Origin: Camelus ferus | Taxonomy: Eukaryota | Length of the DNA stretch: 64,000 nucleotides | Direction: 5' to 3' | Assembly: GCF_009834535.1 (NCBI RefSeq) | Contig: NC_045696.1 | Span: forward strand, 67,396,001 to 67,460,000 | In this document: piece after piece, positions 1 to 12,680 of the stretch | Numbering within the stretch: position 1 is the stretch's first letter | How the letters are laid out: each line of letters starts with the position of its first letter | Notes under the pieces: generated by a model | Database searches by the model: none | What the model was told of the DNA's origin: nothing | The model's input: the letters and a program-made list of their open reading frames with translations, nothing else | Made by a program: the position numbers and the translations under genes

Positions 1-14
1 CACCGTCATTTGCC

Positions 15-310
15 AAGAAATGCAAATAATACCATAATGAGATATCACCACACACCTATCAGAATGGCTTAAATAAAAAGCAGTGACCACACCAAATGCT
101 GGTGAAGCAAGCTGCAGAGAAACTGGTTCCTTCATGTGTTGCTGGTGGACTGTAAAATGCCACAGCCACTCTAGAAACAGCTTGTCTATTTCTTTCAAAA
201 CTAAACATGCAGTTAACCATACAAACCAGCAATCGCACTCCCGGGCATTTATCCCAAAGAGATGTAGACTTGTATTCATTCAAAACCTTACACACAAATG
301 TTTATGGCAC
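15..310 (+). mobile_element. Old L1 (L1M-type) ORF2 3' end, left part, interrupted by an MLT1 LTR
   Basis: Matches L1 ORF2-end motifs: gaaatgcaaat..accataatgagatatcac..cacacctatcagaatggct, ccagcaatcgcactcc.gggcatttatcccaaaga, cacaaatgtttatggca. Confidence 0.85.
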
Positions 311-720
311 TGTATTCATTTCTAGTGCTGCCATAACAAAGTACCACAAATTAGGTGGCCTTAACAACGAAAATTTATTGTCTCACTGTTTGGGAGGCAG
401 AAATCCAAGATCAAGGTGTCAACAGGGTTGCTTCCTTCTGAGGGTTGTGAGAGAGACTGTTCCATGACTCCTTCCTAGCTTCTGGTGGTTTGCTGGCAAT
501 TCTTGGTGTTTCTTGACTTGTTGAAGCATCACCATAACCTCTAGCTTCATTTTCACATGGTGTTCTCTCTGTGTGCATGCCTATCTCCAAATTTACCTTT
601 TTACAAGAACACCAGTCATACTGGATCATGACCTAGCCTAATGATCAGTTATATTCTGAGGTACTGGGCATTAGGACATGAATATATGGATTCTGGGGAG
701 ATATAATTCAATTCATAACA
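311..720 (-). mobile_element. MaLR solo LTR, MLT1 family (MLT1B/C-like)
   Basis: tgtatt..gctgccataacaaagtaccacaaa, aatccaagatcaaggtgtc, gattctggggagatataattcaattcataaca; TG..CA ends; 5-bp TSD ggcac (306-310) / agcac (721-725). Confidence 0.9.
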
Positions 721-1232
721 AGCACCTTTATTTGTGATATCTCATAACTGGAAACAACCCTGATGTCTTTCAATAGGTAAATATTTAAACAAACTGGTAC
801 ATCCATACCATGGAATATTACTGAGCAGTGAAAGGGGAAACTATAGATACAGGCAGCAACTTGGGTGAGTCTCCAGAAAATTAAACTAAATGAAAAAAAA
901 ACAACCCCCAAAAGTTACATACGATACAATTCCATTTATATAACATCCTCAGAATTACAAAATTGTAGAAATAGGGAGCAGATTAATGACTGTCAGGAGG
1001 TGAGGGGGCAAGAGAGAAGTGTGTATGGCTAAAAGGGGAACAAGAGGGATCCTTGTGAGAATGGAATGTTCTGTATCTTGACTCAAAAACGTCAAAAGCC
1101 TGGTTGTAATATTATACTACAGTTTTGCAAGATGTTATCCATAGAAATTGGGTAAAGGGTATATGGGATCTTGCTGTATTTTTTACAAATGCATGTCAAT
1201 TTTAAATTATCTCAAAATAAATTTTTAAATAA
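721..1232 (+). mobile_element. Old L1 (L1MC/MD-like) 3' end, continuation of the 15-310 fragment
   Basis: L1 resumes with agcacctttatttgtgat..aactggaaacaaccc, atccataccatggaatatta, attccatttatataacat; A-rich end. Confidence 0.85.
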
Positions 1233-2169
1233 ATATATAACATTTTTTAAGTTTATTCTGTTTTTCTCATATTGCAGTAATCATATGTGATAAAAGCTAA
1301 AGATTTAGAAGATAAAGAATAATAAATGTAGAAACATTTAAAGTCATGCATAGTACAGGTAAGGTTGAACCACTATTTCTAAAAAGTAATGATGTTACAA
1401 TTCATATGTAACCTAGGTGACACCTGGGATCACCCTGCCCCTTAAAGTGTGCATAAGCTTGAGTAAATACATCCTTACTCTCATGCCCTTTGCAGTGTTC
1501 TATAAAAATTGAAAGTCTCCCCCAGATTTCTGTTCTTGCCTGGAGGTAGGAGCAGAAAGTGATTCAAGCTCACAGATGCCTGTGTTTCAAAGTCCTGGTT
1601 TGACTGAATCAGTTCGACCTGTGGTCATCTACCAATTCTGCTCATGGCATATCCAATGTGTTGCAGCCCAGCCTCTTCTTTAAAACTCTATGCTCTTGAG
1701 ATAGATGTGTGCTTAGTATGTTTTATTAATGATCAAGTGAAGGTGGCTACAGAGAGAATGACATGACACCAATAAAAATACATTAAAACTGAACACCAGG
1801 CTTCTTTGCTCTAGAAAGCCTTTGATTCTCCCACACCTGTGTATTGTCACCAAAAGTGTGTCTCAGTCCACTTTTCTCCCAAGATCTTCAGCTATATGCT
1901 ACCTTCTAACATCTTATCTTTTTCCTCTTACTCCTCCACTTTTCTCCCCACATCCCCAAATTCCTGTTCATCACTCATTCAAAGAAGTTTCACCTTCTTA
2001 TTTGTTGTCTTGACTCCTGGTAGCCCATGACCTCTGAGTATCACTTTTCCAAAAAACAGCTTGTCAAGAATTTTCCTAAACAAAGACATTTTCTTCCTTA
2101 AGAGAAATTCTGCCATTTGTTAAAGAAATCCATTTATTTCCCTTATCACAACACAAAATTATATCCTCT

Positions 2170-2332
2170 CCTACCATATGATCCAGCAATCCCACTCTTA
2201 CGCGTATGTCCTTAAAAGACAAAAGCTCTAATTCAACAAGATACATGCACCCCAATGTTCACAGCAGCACAATTTACAAAAGCCAAGACATGGAAGCAAC
2301 ATAAATATCCATCGACAGATGACTGGAGAAAG
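2170..2332 (+). mobile_element. L1 ORF2 3' fragment
   Basis: ctaccatatgatccagcaatcccactc..gatacatgcaccccaatgttcacagcagcac..agccaagacatggaagcaac..ccatcgacagatgactgga. Confidence 0.9.
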
Positions 2333-2439
2333 GAGTTTAAAACCAGTTTAAAATTGGTTGTTTGGGGGAAATAAAGGCATCTTAATAATCATTACATGAA
2401 AAAATAACAATGCAAATAAGTGAGGATGTCAGTTACAAT

Positions 2440-3285
2440 CATTTTTCCCTTTTTCTTGTTAACCAAACCCCAGCATTGCCTGAGTAGTAATATGCCAAAT
2501 CCCAAAGGATCAATCATGATGGGTATTATGGGTGAAATTGTATGCCCCCCAAGAACTCAGACTATATTGAATCCCCATTACCTCATAAAGTGACTATATT
2601 GGAGATTGGGCCTTTAAAGAGGTAATCAAGTTTAAATGAAGTGATCAGTGCATTAGAGTAAGCCCTAATTCATCATGACTGGTATCTTTGTGAGAAAAGG
2701 GGACTGAGACACACACACACACAGAAAAAAATAATCACATAATGCACAGGTAGAAGTCATCTACAAGCCAAGAAGAGAAGCCTTGGGAAAAAACAACCCT
2801 GATGACACTTTGATCTTGGACTTCTAGCCTCCAAAATCATGAGAAAATGCACTTCTGTTGTTTGAGCCACCCAGGTATCATTACGGGTGTCACTCTGTTA
2901 TGGCAGCCTTGGGAAACAAATCCAGTGGGTATAAATCAACCCTGGAAAGTCGTTTATATTTTGCATATGGCCCTGTTACAGAGAATTAGGTATAACAAGA
3001 GGTCTTTTAGGTCTTTCAAAGAACTCTTATGTTGTGCTTTAGACATTATTCAATGAAGACACGATGCTTGGAACTGTAACAGCCATCTTGAAAGCATGAA
3101 AGAAAGAAAAAGAAAATTCCAGGGAGACTGGTCTTAACCTTTGACACTGATGAGCTGCTGATCCAACCCCAGAGCTGATAATCTCTGGACACCTTATTTT
3201 GTAAGTTTTATTAATAAATCTGAATTGTTTGGATTGGCTTTGACAGGTATTCTCTGTTTACAGCCAAAAGCATCAAACCTGTCAC
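2440..3285 (+). mobile_element. Ancient MLT1-type LTR (MLT1H-L-like), split by a younger MLT1
   Basis: gatgcttggaactgtaacagccatcttg, tgatgagctgctgatccaacc, ggtattctctgtttacagccaaaagcatc resemble old MLT1 3' halves; boundaries approximate. Confidence 0.5.
2524..2924 (+). mobile_element. MaLR solo LTR, MLT1 family (MLT1B/C-like), with an internal (AC)n run
   Basis: tattatgggtgaaattgtatgccccc, ggcctttaaagaggtaatcaagtt, ttgatcttggacttctagcctccaaaa, gttatggcagcc; TSD atggg (2519-2523) / gtggg (2925-2929). Confidence 0.9.
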
Positions 3286-6200
3286 ACCTCCAAGCATAGC
3301 TTTAACTGTTTTCATATAAAGTCAGTCCAGCTCTTTGTCTGAAATCCGGGAGACTCCTTGTCAGAGGTAAAATTAGTATAGCAATCACCAGAATGAATTT
3401 GATCACATTTCAGAAAATGGAGGGAACTAGACAGAGGGACACTAGGAAAATACCATTAAAAAGTATCTAAAGTCATTTGGTAGAAGGTCATCCCTCCCTC
3501 GCCTTGGGGCACCAGTTCATTCGTGAAACATTTCCTGAGCATCACCTACTTACACTGTGTTCCGTTGCGTTTTCATTGAAAGGGATATTGGGTTTATTTA
3601 TACTTTTTTCTGACTCTGGTTCAAGGTTGTTTATTGTGCATATGGAGGCTAAATAGTTTAGCAAGACCCATGTGGCTGACAAACAGAACCGACTGAATGA
3701 GGTAGAACCTGGCCTGGTACCTTTGGCTCCCAAAGCAGCCAGACACTGTTACTTCTACTTTCTGCCCCAACTCCATGATAAAGCGCCCACCTGGAAGAGG
3801 AAACCCACACTGGTCCCATCAGAAAATACCTGAAGAAAGAACGTTAAAAGGCCCAGTCAGATGGTGGCCACAGAGGGACCGCGCAACTGCGAGTCTCTGC
3901 TCCAGGCAGCAGCCCACTGGCACAGGCTGCTTTCTAGAGGAAAGTACCCTGCGTAAAAGCCTGTGGGCGCCACCAGGACACGGCCGACTGCCCTTCTCCC
4001 TTGAGCCTTGCTGCCCTAGAGGTGGGAAAACAGCTGACACAACTGGTGGCAAGTTCATCCTTCTGAACTGAGCAACTCAGAGCTGGAGTGACGAGGGGAC
4101 GGTAAAATGAGCCCTGGGTTTTTGTTTTTGTGTGTATGTGTGTGATGGTGGCCAAGGGATCATTACTTTCCTTCCAGGTGTCCAATAACTGAACAGCCAC
4201 TTTTGAGGGCGCCAACGCTACCATCTCAGTATTGTCGTTACCCCACTGAGGGGTGGGTAGGGGCTGGCAGGGAGACAGACTGTGTTTTAATTGGCTTCCT
4301 CCTGGAAGGGAAAGAGCCAAACGTTTGCGGGATGCGTATTTGAGCCAGTTTCAGAGTCATAAAAGTGCATCTTTGATACACAGAGAGTTTATGTTCTTCA
4401 TAAAAATGCTAATTGCGATCTTTGCAGAAAGGAGTGGCATGAATGCTTCCCTCTTCGGCTTTTTTAATATGAATACGGTTGTCCTATGTGATGACCTTGT
4501 ATTCATTAACAAGGGACAAGGCCTAAGTCCTCTCTGCAGCCTTTCAAAACCCACTTCAAGGGATTCCACCACTGAGAATCTGAGAGCATTCAAACTCTTT
4601 TCATGGAAAACTGGAAAGCAATCTATTTGTTTCTTTAAAAAAAAAAAATCTCTTAATACAAATACACAGGGGGAGCTTAGAATATTTTTTTTCCTTCAGT
4701 GAGTATGTTTTTCCAAGGTCAATTTGGAGGTTCTTCCTATTTGGCTGAGAAAAACTGGAGCCCCGGTAAGCGCGTTCACAGCCCTCTCTGTGGCTTGGAA
4801 GCCTTCCCCACCTACAGATGCTACAAGAAGTCGCTGATGTTTTTCCAGGGCCCCACTGTTTGCTTCTCTCGCTCCAGAGAAGGAAGACAGGGTGATGAGT
4901 GAGGTTTTATTTGCCCTGAGGGATGACTCATTCAGCAAGAGTTTCCGACCCAGAATCCTCCTCTTTCTTTGCTCTATTCGTCCGCACCCCCAGCCCCTTT
5001 TTGTTTTTGGTCCTTGGGCAGGTTTCCATTCACCCTCTCCTGTCAATCTCTCCCTCAAATCTCAAAAAAAAAAAAAAAAAAGACTTTACTTTTGAGTTAA
5101 ACTTCCCACAATTGCATTCAATTTACTCTGGGAACTCATTTAAAGGGCAGGGGTTTTGAAACATGATCAACAAAATAATCAGTCTGGGTTACGTTAAATA
5201 GCATGCTTCCAGACTGAGCCAAGCCTTAAGAGGGAAAACAGCTCCCTTCAGTCCCTCCCACCATGAATGGGACTCTGTGTCTCAAAAACTTTTTATTGAA
5301 TATTTCCCGAAATGATGTCTGTCTTTCCAACAGGGAGAGTGCGCAGTCTTTCTCAGAACCCAGTCCCATCTTTGGTCCAGCTGCAGGCAGGTGTTACTCA
5401 ACAGCCTCGGGCTGCTCTGGTGTTCACAATGTCTCCACAGCAGATGCTCTGTGTTCTCAGGAATCCTGATCTTTTTTTTTTTTTTTTTTTTTTGAAAAGG
5501 GGTGGGGTGAGGGGATACTAAATAGAATGGAATCAAAACAAAGTAGACTAACTGGACAAAACATTGCATCAGCTAACCAATTTTTCTTGCAGCCATGCAC
5601 CCAGGAGGTCAAACATTAAAATTTAGGTTCATAAAAACTGCCTTCTAACACCTCTCCGATGGCTTCTGATTCATTGTAACACATACAAGATACTACTCTT
5701 TCACTGTGTCCTTCCCCATCTGCAAGTTGGACACATAGAAAGAAGGAACACAGAGCAGTAGTATTTCTCATGAAGATACTGCTGTCCGGCTTTATAACGC
5801 CCTTTCGTTCTAGGTCACACAGGAAAGAGTCGTATGGAAACTGTCTCTTCTGCATGTTTTGGATCTGGGACAGTCCAGTACTTACCAAGGAGCCCAGGCT
5901 AACAGTAGTTTCTGCGGACGGCAGCTTTACAGGAGGCAGGCTTAACCCCAGGCAAAAGTGACTAAGGCTGTGTGTTAGAGATAGCAGGGGTTTTAACTCA
6001 AGGAAGACATTCTACAAATACCAAATTTAGATCAAAGCTAGTGTCACAGAGCCAAGTGCTCACAGCCGAATTAATCAACGTCCAGTGCTGTCATGCTTTC
6101 CTGAAGACCGAACAGCTGCCCAAGGAGCAGGATGAGGAAAAGGGGAGAAGCCGGGAACATGGTATGCTTCCGCGGCGAGTGGAGAGGTCTTCCTGGAAGC

Positions 6201-6559
6201 GTTGATACCTGCATTCATGAAAGCATATTTAATGAACCAAGTGAAGAATGGCTGGGTGAAGCGAGGGGAAAAGAAAGTAACACAGGAAGAAGGAACCACA
6301 GCAGCAAGAGTTTGAGCAATACACAGCACAGTGTGAGGGAGAGAATATATAAATGATGACTGAATGAATGGTATGAAATGAGTGAGCGATGGCAAAGAGC
6401 ACTGATGGCCTTTGAGAAGGAATATGACACAACCTGATACGTAAACATGGCACCAGTGTGTTGCAGGATCTTGAAAGATTCAGAGGACAGAGAGACCTAC
6501 GACCTCCCTTGTTTTTCCCCTGTGGTCACACTAAATATACTGATTATGATTAAAATTGT

Positions 6560-6715
6560 TTAACATGTATCTTCCCCCATGAGAGCAAGTGCTGACTCTT
6601 TTTTGTCTTGTCCACTTCAGTCTCCCCAGCACCTGCATATAGGAAATCTAGCACAGAGGATATATCCAATCAATTTCTGTGTTGAATGGATGAACATATG
6701 GATAAATAAATCTAT
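6560..6715 (+). mobile_element. L2 3' end
   Basis: tcttgtccacttcagtctccccagcacc..tagcacagagga..caatcaatttctgtgttgaatggatgaa. Confidence 0.6.
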
Positions 6716-6759
6716 AAAGTATAAAGAAACCTAGGGCAATTGAGAGCCAGGATAGGAAC

Positions 6760-7150
6760 AGAGATAAACCCAGGTAAGTCTCCATGAGGTGCGAAAATCA
6801 ACAGCACTTGGTAACTTGGGGAAGATCCGATCTGGGGAAGAAGGAGGGAGGAGTCAAAGGTGACCATTTGGGAACTAAGTGTCTGAGGAACGCTGCTAGT
6901 CTGGGTGGAGATGGGAGGATGTATTCACAGGAGCCAGAGGAGGACCGGGCCCAGATGGAGATGAGGTTACCTTTGGTCCTGTTGAGTTGGGGTAGCGATG
7001 GTTCTTGCTGTAAAGTCTAGAAGCACCAAAAGTACAGAACTGGGGCTCAGAAGTGAGGTCAAAGCTAAAGAGAGAGGTTTGATTTTAACTGTAGGGAAAG
7101 CATTTGTTAAAAGCCGTGGGCAAGGATAAACTTGCCCCGGAGGGCAGGCA
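6760..7150 (-). mobile_element. L2 internal fragment
   Basis: Degenerate antisense L2: ggagtcaaaggtgac, tttggtcctgttgagttg, ggctcagaagtgaggtcaaagct, aaagccgtgggcaaggataa. Confidence 0.5.
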
Positions 7151-9504
7151 GAGAGAAAAAGAAAAAAAAAAAAAGCAAACAAAGACCAAGCTTTAGGGAG
7201 GGTGGCAAGATGAGCTGGTGTCTGAAGTTTGGGAACTGCATCTTGATCTCCTGATTTGGTCATCTGATCTCTTGCCCACCCAGCCAACCCAGAAAGCAGC
7301 ACGGATCCTTGTCCAACTAGGGAGAGGAGGACTTCAAAAGCACGCGGCATTCCAGGCAATGACTACAGCCACCAGTTCCTGTATCAACCGTTAACAGCTA
7401 CACAGCGATGGCCACTCCAGGCTGTACATTGCAAACTTATTTTTCCCTCTGATGCCATTTACTGTCTGATGGTGTTATTAAAATGAAAGGATTTTTTTTA
7501 ATGAGCTGGGAGGAAATCCATTTAACCAAATTGTTCGTAAAAGGAATAAAACACATCAAGACTCTTTTTGCGCCCTTCCACCAGTATAGGATCCTTCAAA
7601 AAACCTTCTTATGTAAATATTTACAAGGAGAGTAAAAAAGGAAAGTGGTTTGGGGAGCAACCAGATGGAATAATACAAGAACAGACTTGAATACAGTCAA
7701 AAAGGGCTTCAGCAACAACAGGGCATCCTCTCAGGAACCTGCCATTGCCTGGGGGGCAGGGAAGGAAGGATACAGAGGTGAAAAGAAAAGCCGTTCAGAG
7801 AGAGCATCTCTGGAGCCCCGTTTCAGCTAATTTCTGAAAACTGGGTTATTGTTTTTCTTAAAATCTTCAAAAACTGATGATAATAGACTCCCTAATAATA
7901 ACATGTATGAATTGATTCATTATTCATCACTCCTCTAGAACCAACTTCTACTTTCTCCCCGAGTCTTTCTGTACGTGTCAGTGTGGCACATGGGAGTCCA
8001 TAAGCAGGAGTGGGGCTTCCCCATGGGCTGTCTCCCCAGGTCCCCAGGCCGGCCCCCTTTCACTGCGGAGGTCGGGGGGTCTGTTCCTACTGCTACCCTG
8101 GAGCCTACAATCCTGTCTCAGTTTTCATTTCTCCATCTGCCTTGGTTAGCCTGATCACAAAGAAAGGATCGTGAACAGACACATCAATTGTATAATGCTT
8201 TGGTTACTGCTTTCATGCCCTCCCCTCACCTCTCACTGGGCTCCCCGATGCAACCCTCTTCCAACTCAGAACATTTGAAGCAAACTTGGCTCACTGATGC
8301 GCTTTGCAAACAAACCACAAAATAACATGATTGTAAAAATGTTAGCTGCAAAAGTAATAAATAAGGAAATAAATAAGTGCGTAACCACAGAGGCTTGTCT
8401 GGCTCCTCGGTCCTCTGACCACAGCAGCCCTCAGCTGTCTGTCCTCACGAGTGGGGAGGCCAGGAAACTGAGAAGACACTTCTCCCCTGCCCAGGGGTCT
8501 CATAGGCGGAAGTTACCCAGAAATAGATTCTTTTTCCCCTCTCATTGTGAGGTAGACAGTTTTACGTCAAAGCTATCCAACAACTAAAACCCTACCAGAG
8601 AATGGGAGGCTGTTGTCTGATTCACCTACCTTTTCTGAGCAGGTAGTAGGGGTCAGGCTTTGTGCCTCAGAGTGTGCGTGTGACGTCTCTTTGGCATATG
8701 ATTCGTCTCCATGTGCAGATGAGGAAATGGAAGCCCACCAAGAAGCGAGTGGAGGTCAGACGACAACATTTCACGACACAATAAAATCTCCCTAATGACT
8801 GGAGTAGGGTGAGGGGGTGTAGGAGAGACATATGTGATGTTTCCCCTGCTGTCAAGCCTGGCTGCTGAGATAGCCTCATTTACAAAGATTTCGGGATTAA
8901 AACACCCAAGTCCAAACACCAGGCTTGCCAAGTGTTTTACTGACTTTGACTCTGAAGTCCTGATGGCCCGAAACTTCTCTTCCCCAGAAAACGTCTGTGG
9001 CTGGCAAATCCTGCCAAGGCTATGGCCAGTCCAGTCCAATCAAAGGTGAAATGCAAGGCTGAAAGCTGGACCCAAAACTGAATAATAGAGTGCAAAATTT
9101 TCAATTCAGCACCCAAAATACTGTATTGAATCCTATTTTATGCCCTAGGACAGGGAGTAAGTATTAGGAATAGAAAACAGAATCGCTGGTGTTTAACATG
9201 CACAGAGACAGCAGCCTGCGAGGCACTCTGGTCGGAGCCCGTGCATCACACAGCCACAGAGGACACTGTTCACGGCATGGTCATATAAAGTAGTGTCCCT
9301 CCCCAGCGTTGGGCAGTACACATGACCTACAGAGTCATTCAAGAAAGCCTTTCTTCAAGGAGATACCAAAAAAAAAAAAAAGTCCAGGAAAACACAACCT
9401 CAAGTAAGCTAACAATCAAATGTGAGAGACAGACATGTCTGCAAATCTTGGTGGGGGGGTTAGAAGCACAATGTATAGGCCAAGAATGGAACCACTGTTC
9501 AGTT

Positions 9505-9665
9505 TAGTAATCTCACATCAATTAATGTCTTTGGTTTTCATAACAACTCCATGAAGAAGGGTTATTATTCCCATTTTCCAAATGGAAACACAAAGCTTCA
9601 AAGAAGGAAAGTGATTTTTCGAAAATCTCCAGCTCTTAGGTGGGAAGCTAAGCCCAGTGCCCAGA
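9505..9665 (-). mobile_element. MIR SINE
   Basis: Antisense core: aacaactccatgaag..ttattattcccattttccaaatggaaacac. Confidence 0.65.
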
Positions 9666-9674
9666 TCCCCAGGC

Positions 9675-9752
9675 CTCTCCCCTGCGCCCCGCCTGCCCCC
9701 TCCCTGCCCCCTCCCCACTTCCTCCCCTGCCCCTCCCCACCCCCTCCCCGCC
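9675..9752 (-). repeat. C-rich low-complexity tract (G-quadruplex potential on the minus strand)
   Basis: About ten C3-C6 runs built from a degenerate ccctgcccc(c)tcccc unit. Confidence 0.8.
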
Positions 9753-11654
9753 ATACCGGAAATGCTGCAAAAGAAGGACCAACAGTGGCCCAGTGTGCCA
9801 GACTCAGGAGCCAGGTGCTGAAAGCCACAGTCGGGGAAAGAGGAAAAGAAACCTTAGGGATGAGGGAGGCAGAAACGATGAGGAGATGGGGGGTAGGACC
9901 TAAAATGACTCACAGCACTCTCAGGTTTATTAAAAGTCAAACCACATTATTCCTTCTCCAGAATGCAGCATTCCAAATGCTGCAGGCTTATGGCTTTAGT
10001 ACAAATTTTATTATAGCTCAGTTGGGACGGAACTCTTTCTAAAATCGATTATGCATTTGTCTGTACTCTAACACAAAGCATAAAGAATATAATCCAGCCG
10101 TTTCTGAAGGGACTGGAGGCTGTCCTTTTCTTCACTGAACTCTAATGTGTGATGACGCTCTAGAGGACTCTTTTCAGCCTAGAGGACGGCTTGACTTCCA
10201 CACCCCATCTGCATCGCTGTGATCTTCTGATTCTCGAGGATTTGCAGTGGGGTTTTGTTCTGGTTTTCCTGCCTCCTCTCTTATCAAGCCGCCGCCTTGT
10301 ACGTCTCTCCATTTGCAGGAGCCTGCCTGTGGTAGCCCCTTCCCCACTTTTAATTTGCTGGTTTGGGTCTCATATATACTTGTACATAACCAAATTCATT
10401 AGCAGTTTGTACAAACTAAAATTAATCGAGCTCTGAGTGAAGGACAACAGCCCATCAGCAAGCTGTAGAATCATCGACGCATAAAACTTGAGGCTTTCTT
10501 GTGGTTGTGCCCATGTCCTTGGCTCTTATTTGCCAGGTTTTACTTGTATCTTTTCAATGAGTGCTCTTCAAAACTTAAGTAAAACCTGCTTCAGAAAACA
10601 TCCCAGGAGTTCTCAGCAGAAATTACTTCTGCCCCTGAACTCCCAAGCGACCAGATGTGCCTGTAGTGGGGTGGGGTGGTCACCACTGCCTGCCTCTGGT
10701 TTGGCTTCACTGGGGCTGCTCCCACTAATACAGTGGACGTTTAAAGACATGATTTGCATGTTACTTGTCTTACTATCTTCCCCCAACCAGGCCTTTGTCC
10801 ATAATTAAGACATACATTTTGTCCTTAAGGGGATTTCATTCTAGTAGAAGGGGCAAATGGGAGGAGGAAAAAGGAGAAAAATTAGTGGAGAAGGAAGTCA
10901 GGGAGGAAGTGGGGAAGGGAGGAAGAGAAAGAAGACGTGGAGGACCCTAAATTCTCATAGCTTAGTTTGTTTTCCCAGAGTATCAGCAGCTCAAGCTCAG
11001 GGCCATTTCTGGCATTATCTGAGTCTTCCGCTAGACTCCATCCAGTGGCTGCCAACGAATCTAGCCAGTTGTCACCAGAGCTAGGATGGAGGACTGAACA
11101 TGGGCCCCCAGGTGAGCCCCCGCCGTGCCCAGCAGAAAGGACACCCAAGGCCAGGAGGCCCTGCTGCCTGGAGGCTCGGGGCAGGAGGGAGCAGCCCCAG
11201 CTGGCAGGAAACAATACGGTCCTGTCGCTTGGGCTCTGCCCTTTCCTGCCTCCCTCCCGGCAGCCTGGCTCCATAGCCCCGAGCTTGTCCTGGGGTGAAC
11301 TCATCAGAGTCCCTCCCGCTTTCAGACAGGTATTCAAATGAGTGGAAGTTTTATTTTAAAAGACTTTGTTTAAAAATACGGTCTCAGCTCACCAACGCCA
11401 GGGTAAGAAAACTAGGCCAGTTTGAAATCAACAAAAATCAAAGCTATTAAACATTGGTTGGACTCCCAATATATGCCCTGCGAATATCCCCAGCTTTGGA
11501 ACTTTCCACGACCTGCCTTCTTTCCGAGTTGTGCCGGAGCGAGTTGATACTCTGCTTCGCCACAGTATCTTCCCTACATGTGCGGCGTGGCGGTGTCAGA
11601 GTGTGTGCCTTTTAAGGTCTTTTAAGTGTGTGGCTTTGATGGGTCAGGCTGTGG

Positions 11655-12445
11655 TGAAGGGTGCTACAGAGCATCTCTGTTGTTTCGGCCTTTCCAGCAC
11701 CTACTTTCTCCTATTCTGGCAACAGCACTTGACTTTTCCTTTAAAGAACCAGCCCTCCCCCTCTCAATCCATGTGGTTCATGAGGAACTGACCTCAGTCC
11801 TCTAGGTTCTGCTTATGGAACAGACCCAGGCTTGGTCAATCCGCACATCTACACTTGCCAGCCACACAACTGAACTGGAGGGCACACGCCTGTATCAGTC
11901 TATGCAGAGTTAATTGTGGAATTATTGCCAAAATTACTTGGGGGGAACACCTCAACTTTTGGTTAAGGTTTTTTAACTGATAGGATATAAACATGAAGCT
12001 TCTGAGAAACATCAGGGGAAAAGCAGGGAGAGATCAACAGGGTGTTTGTAATTAGCAGATACAAACTAATATATATAACATAGATAAACAGTAAGTTCCT
12101 ACCGTATAGCACAAGGAACTATATTCAATAGCTTGCAATAACCTATAATGAAAAAGTGTATATATATACGCAACAGAATCGCTATGTTGTACACCAGAAA
12201 TTAACACAACATTGTAAATCAACTGTACTACAATAAAAAAAAAAAAGAAAGGAAAAGAGATGCTTGACAAAGAAGCCAACGCAGAGAAAAGCATAGCTGA
12301 AGGAAGATGAGGAAGCCTTGCCCTGATTTTCTCACAACCCCTGTTGCAATTTTTCAGTTCTGTGTCCAAAGTGGGATATTTCACTTAGTCTATTTTGAGT
12401 TGGGTTTCTGTTAGTTGCAATCAGAAGAGTCTTGATTGGTGCAGG
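11655..12445 (+). mobile_element. Ancient MLT1-type LTR (MLT1J/K-like) interrupted by a young L1
   Basis: ctcctattctggcaacagcac..ctctcaatccatgtggttc at the 5' side; tttgagttgggtttctgttagttgcaatcagaagagtcttga at the 3' side. Confidence 0.6.
12026..12250 (+). mobile_element. Young cetartiodactyl-type L1 3' UTR with poly(A), 5'-truncated
   Basis: attagcagatacaaacta..gataaacagtaagttcctaccgtatagcacaaggaactatattcaata..tacaccagaaattaacacaacattgtaaatcaact..aataaa plus A tail. Confidence 0.9.
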
Positions 12446-12544
12446 TGCAGAGACAAATGTAATATGAAATTTCCATCTTTACAATGCTTTAGATTTTGCG
12501 AAGTATCATCATATACAGTATCTCATTAAATATTATATAAAAAT

Positions 12545-12680
12545 TCCCAAAGTTGGCCCTTATCACGTTCCCTATTTCACATATGAGAAAACGGAGATGA
12601 AGGAAATGACCCAAGCTCTGGGAGCCAGTAGGTACCAGAGCCAGAACTGGACTCTTGTGTTCCGGCTCTAAATCCAGCAG
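12545..12680 (-). mobile_element. MIR SINE
   Basis: ccctatttcacatatgagaaaacggag..aatgacccaag..cagagccagaact. Confidence 0.6.

Noticed and set aside
9551..10042. 163-aa proline-rich ORF
   Set aside because: It starts in a MIR and the prolines come from the C-rich tract
10404..10417. 14-bp palindrome agtttgtacaaact
   Set aside because: A few such palindromes are expected at random in a window this size
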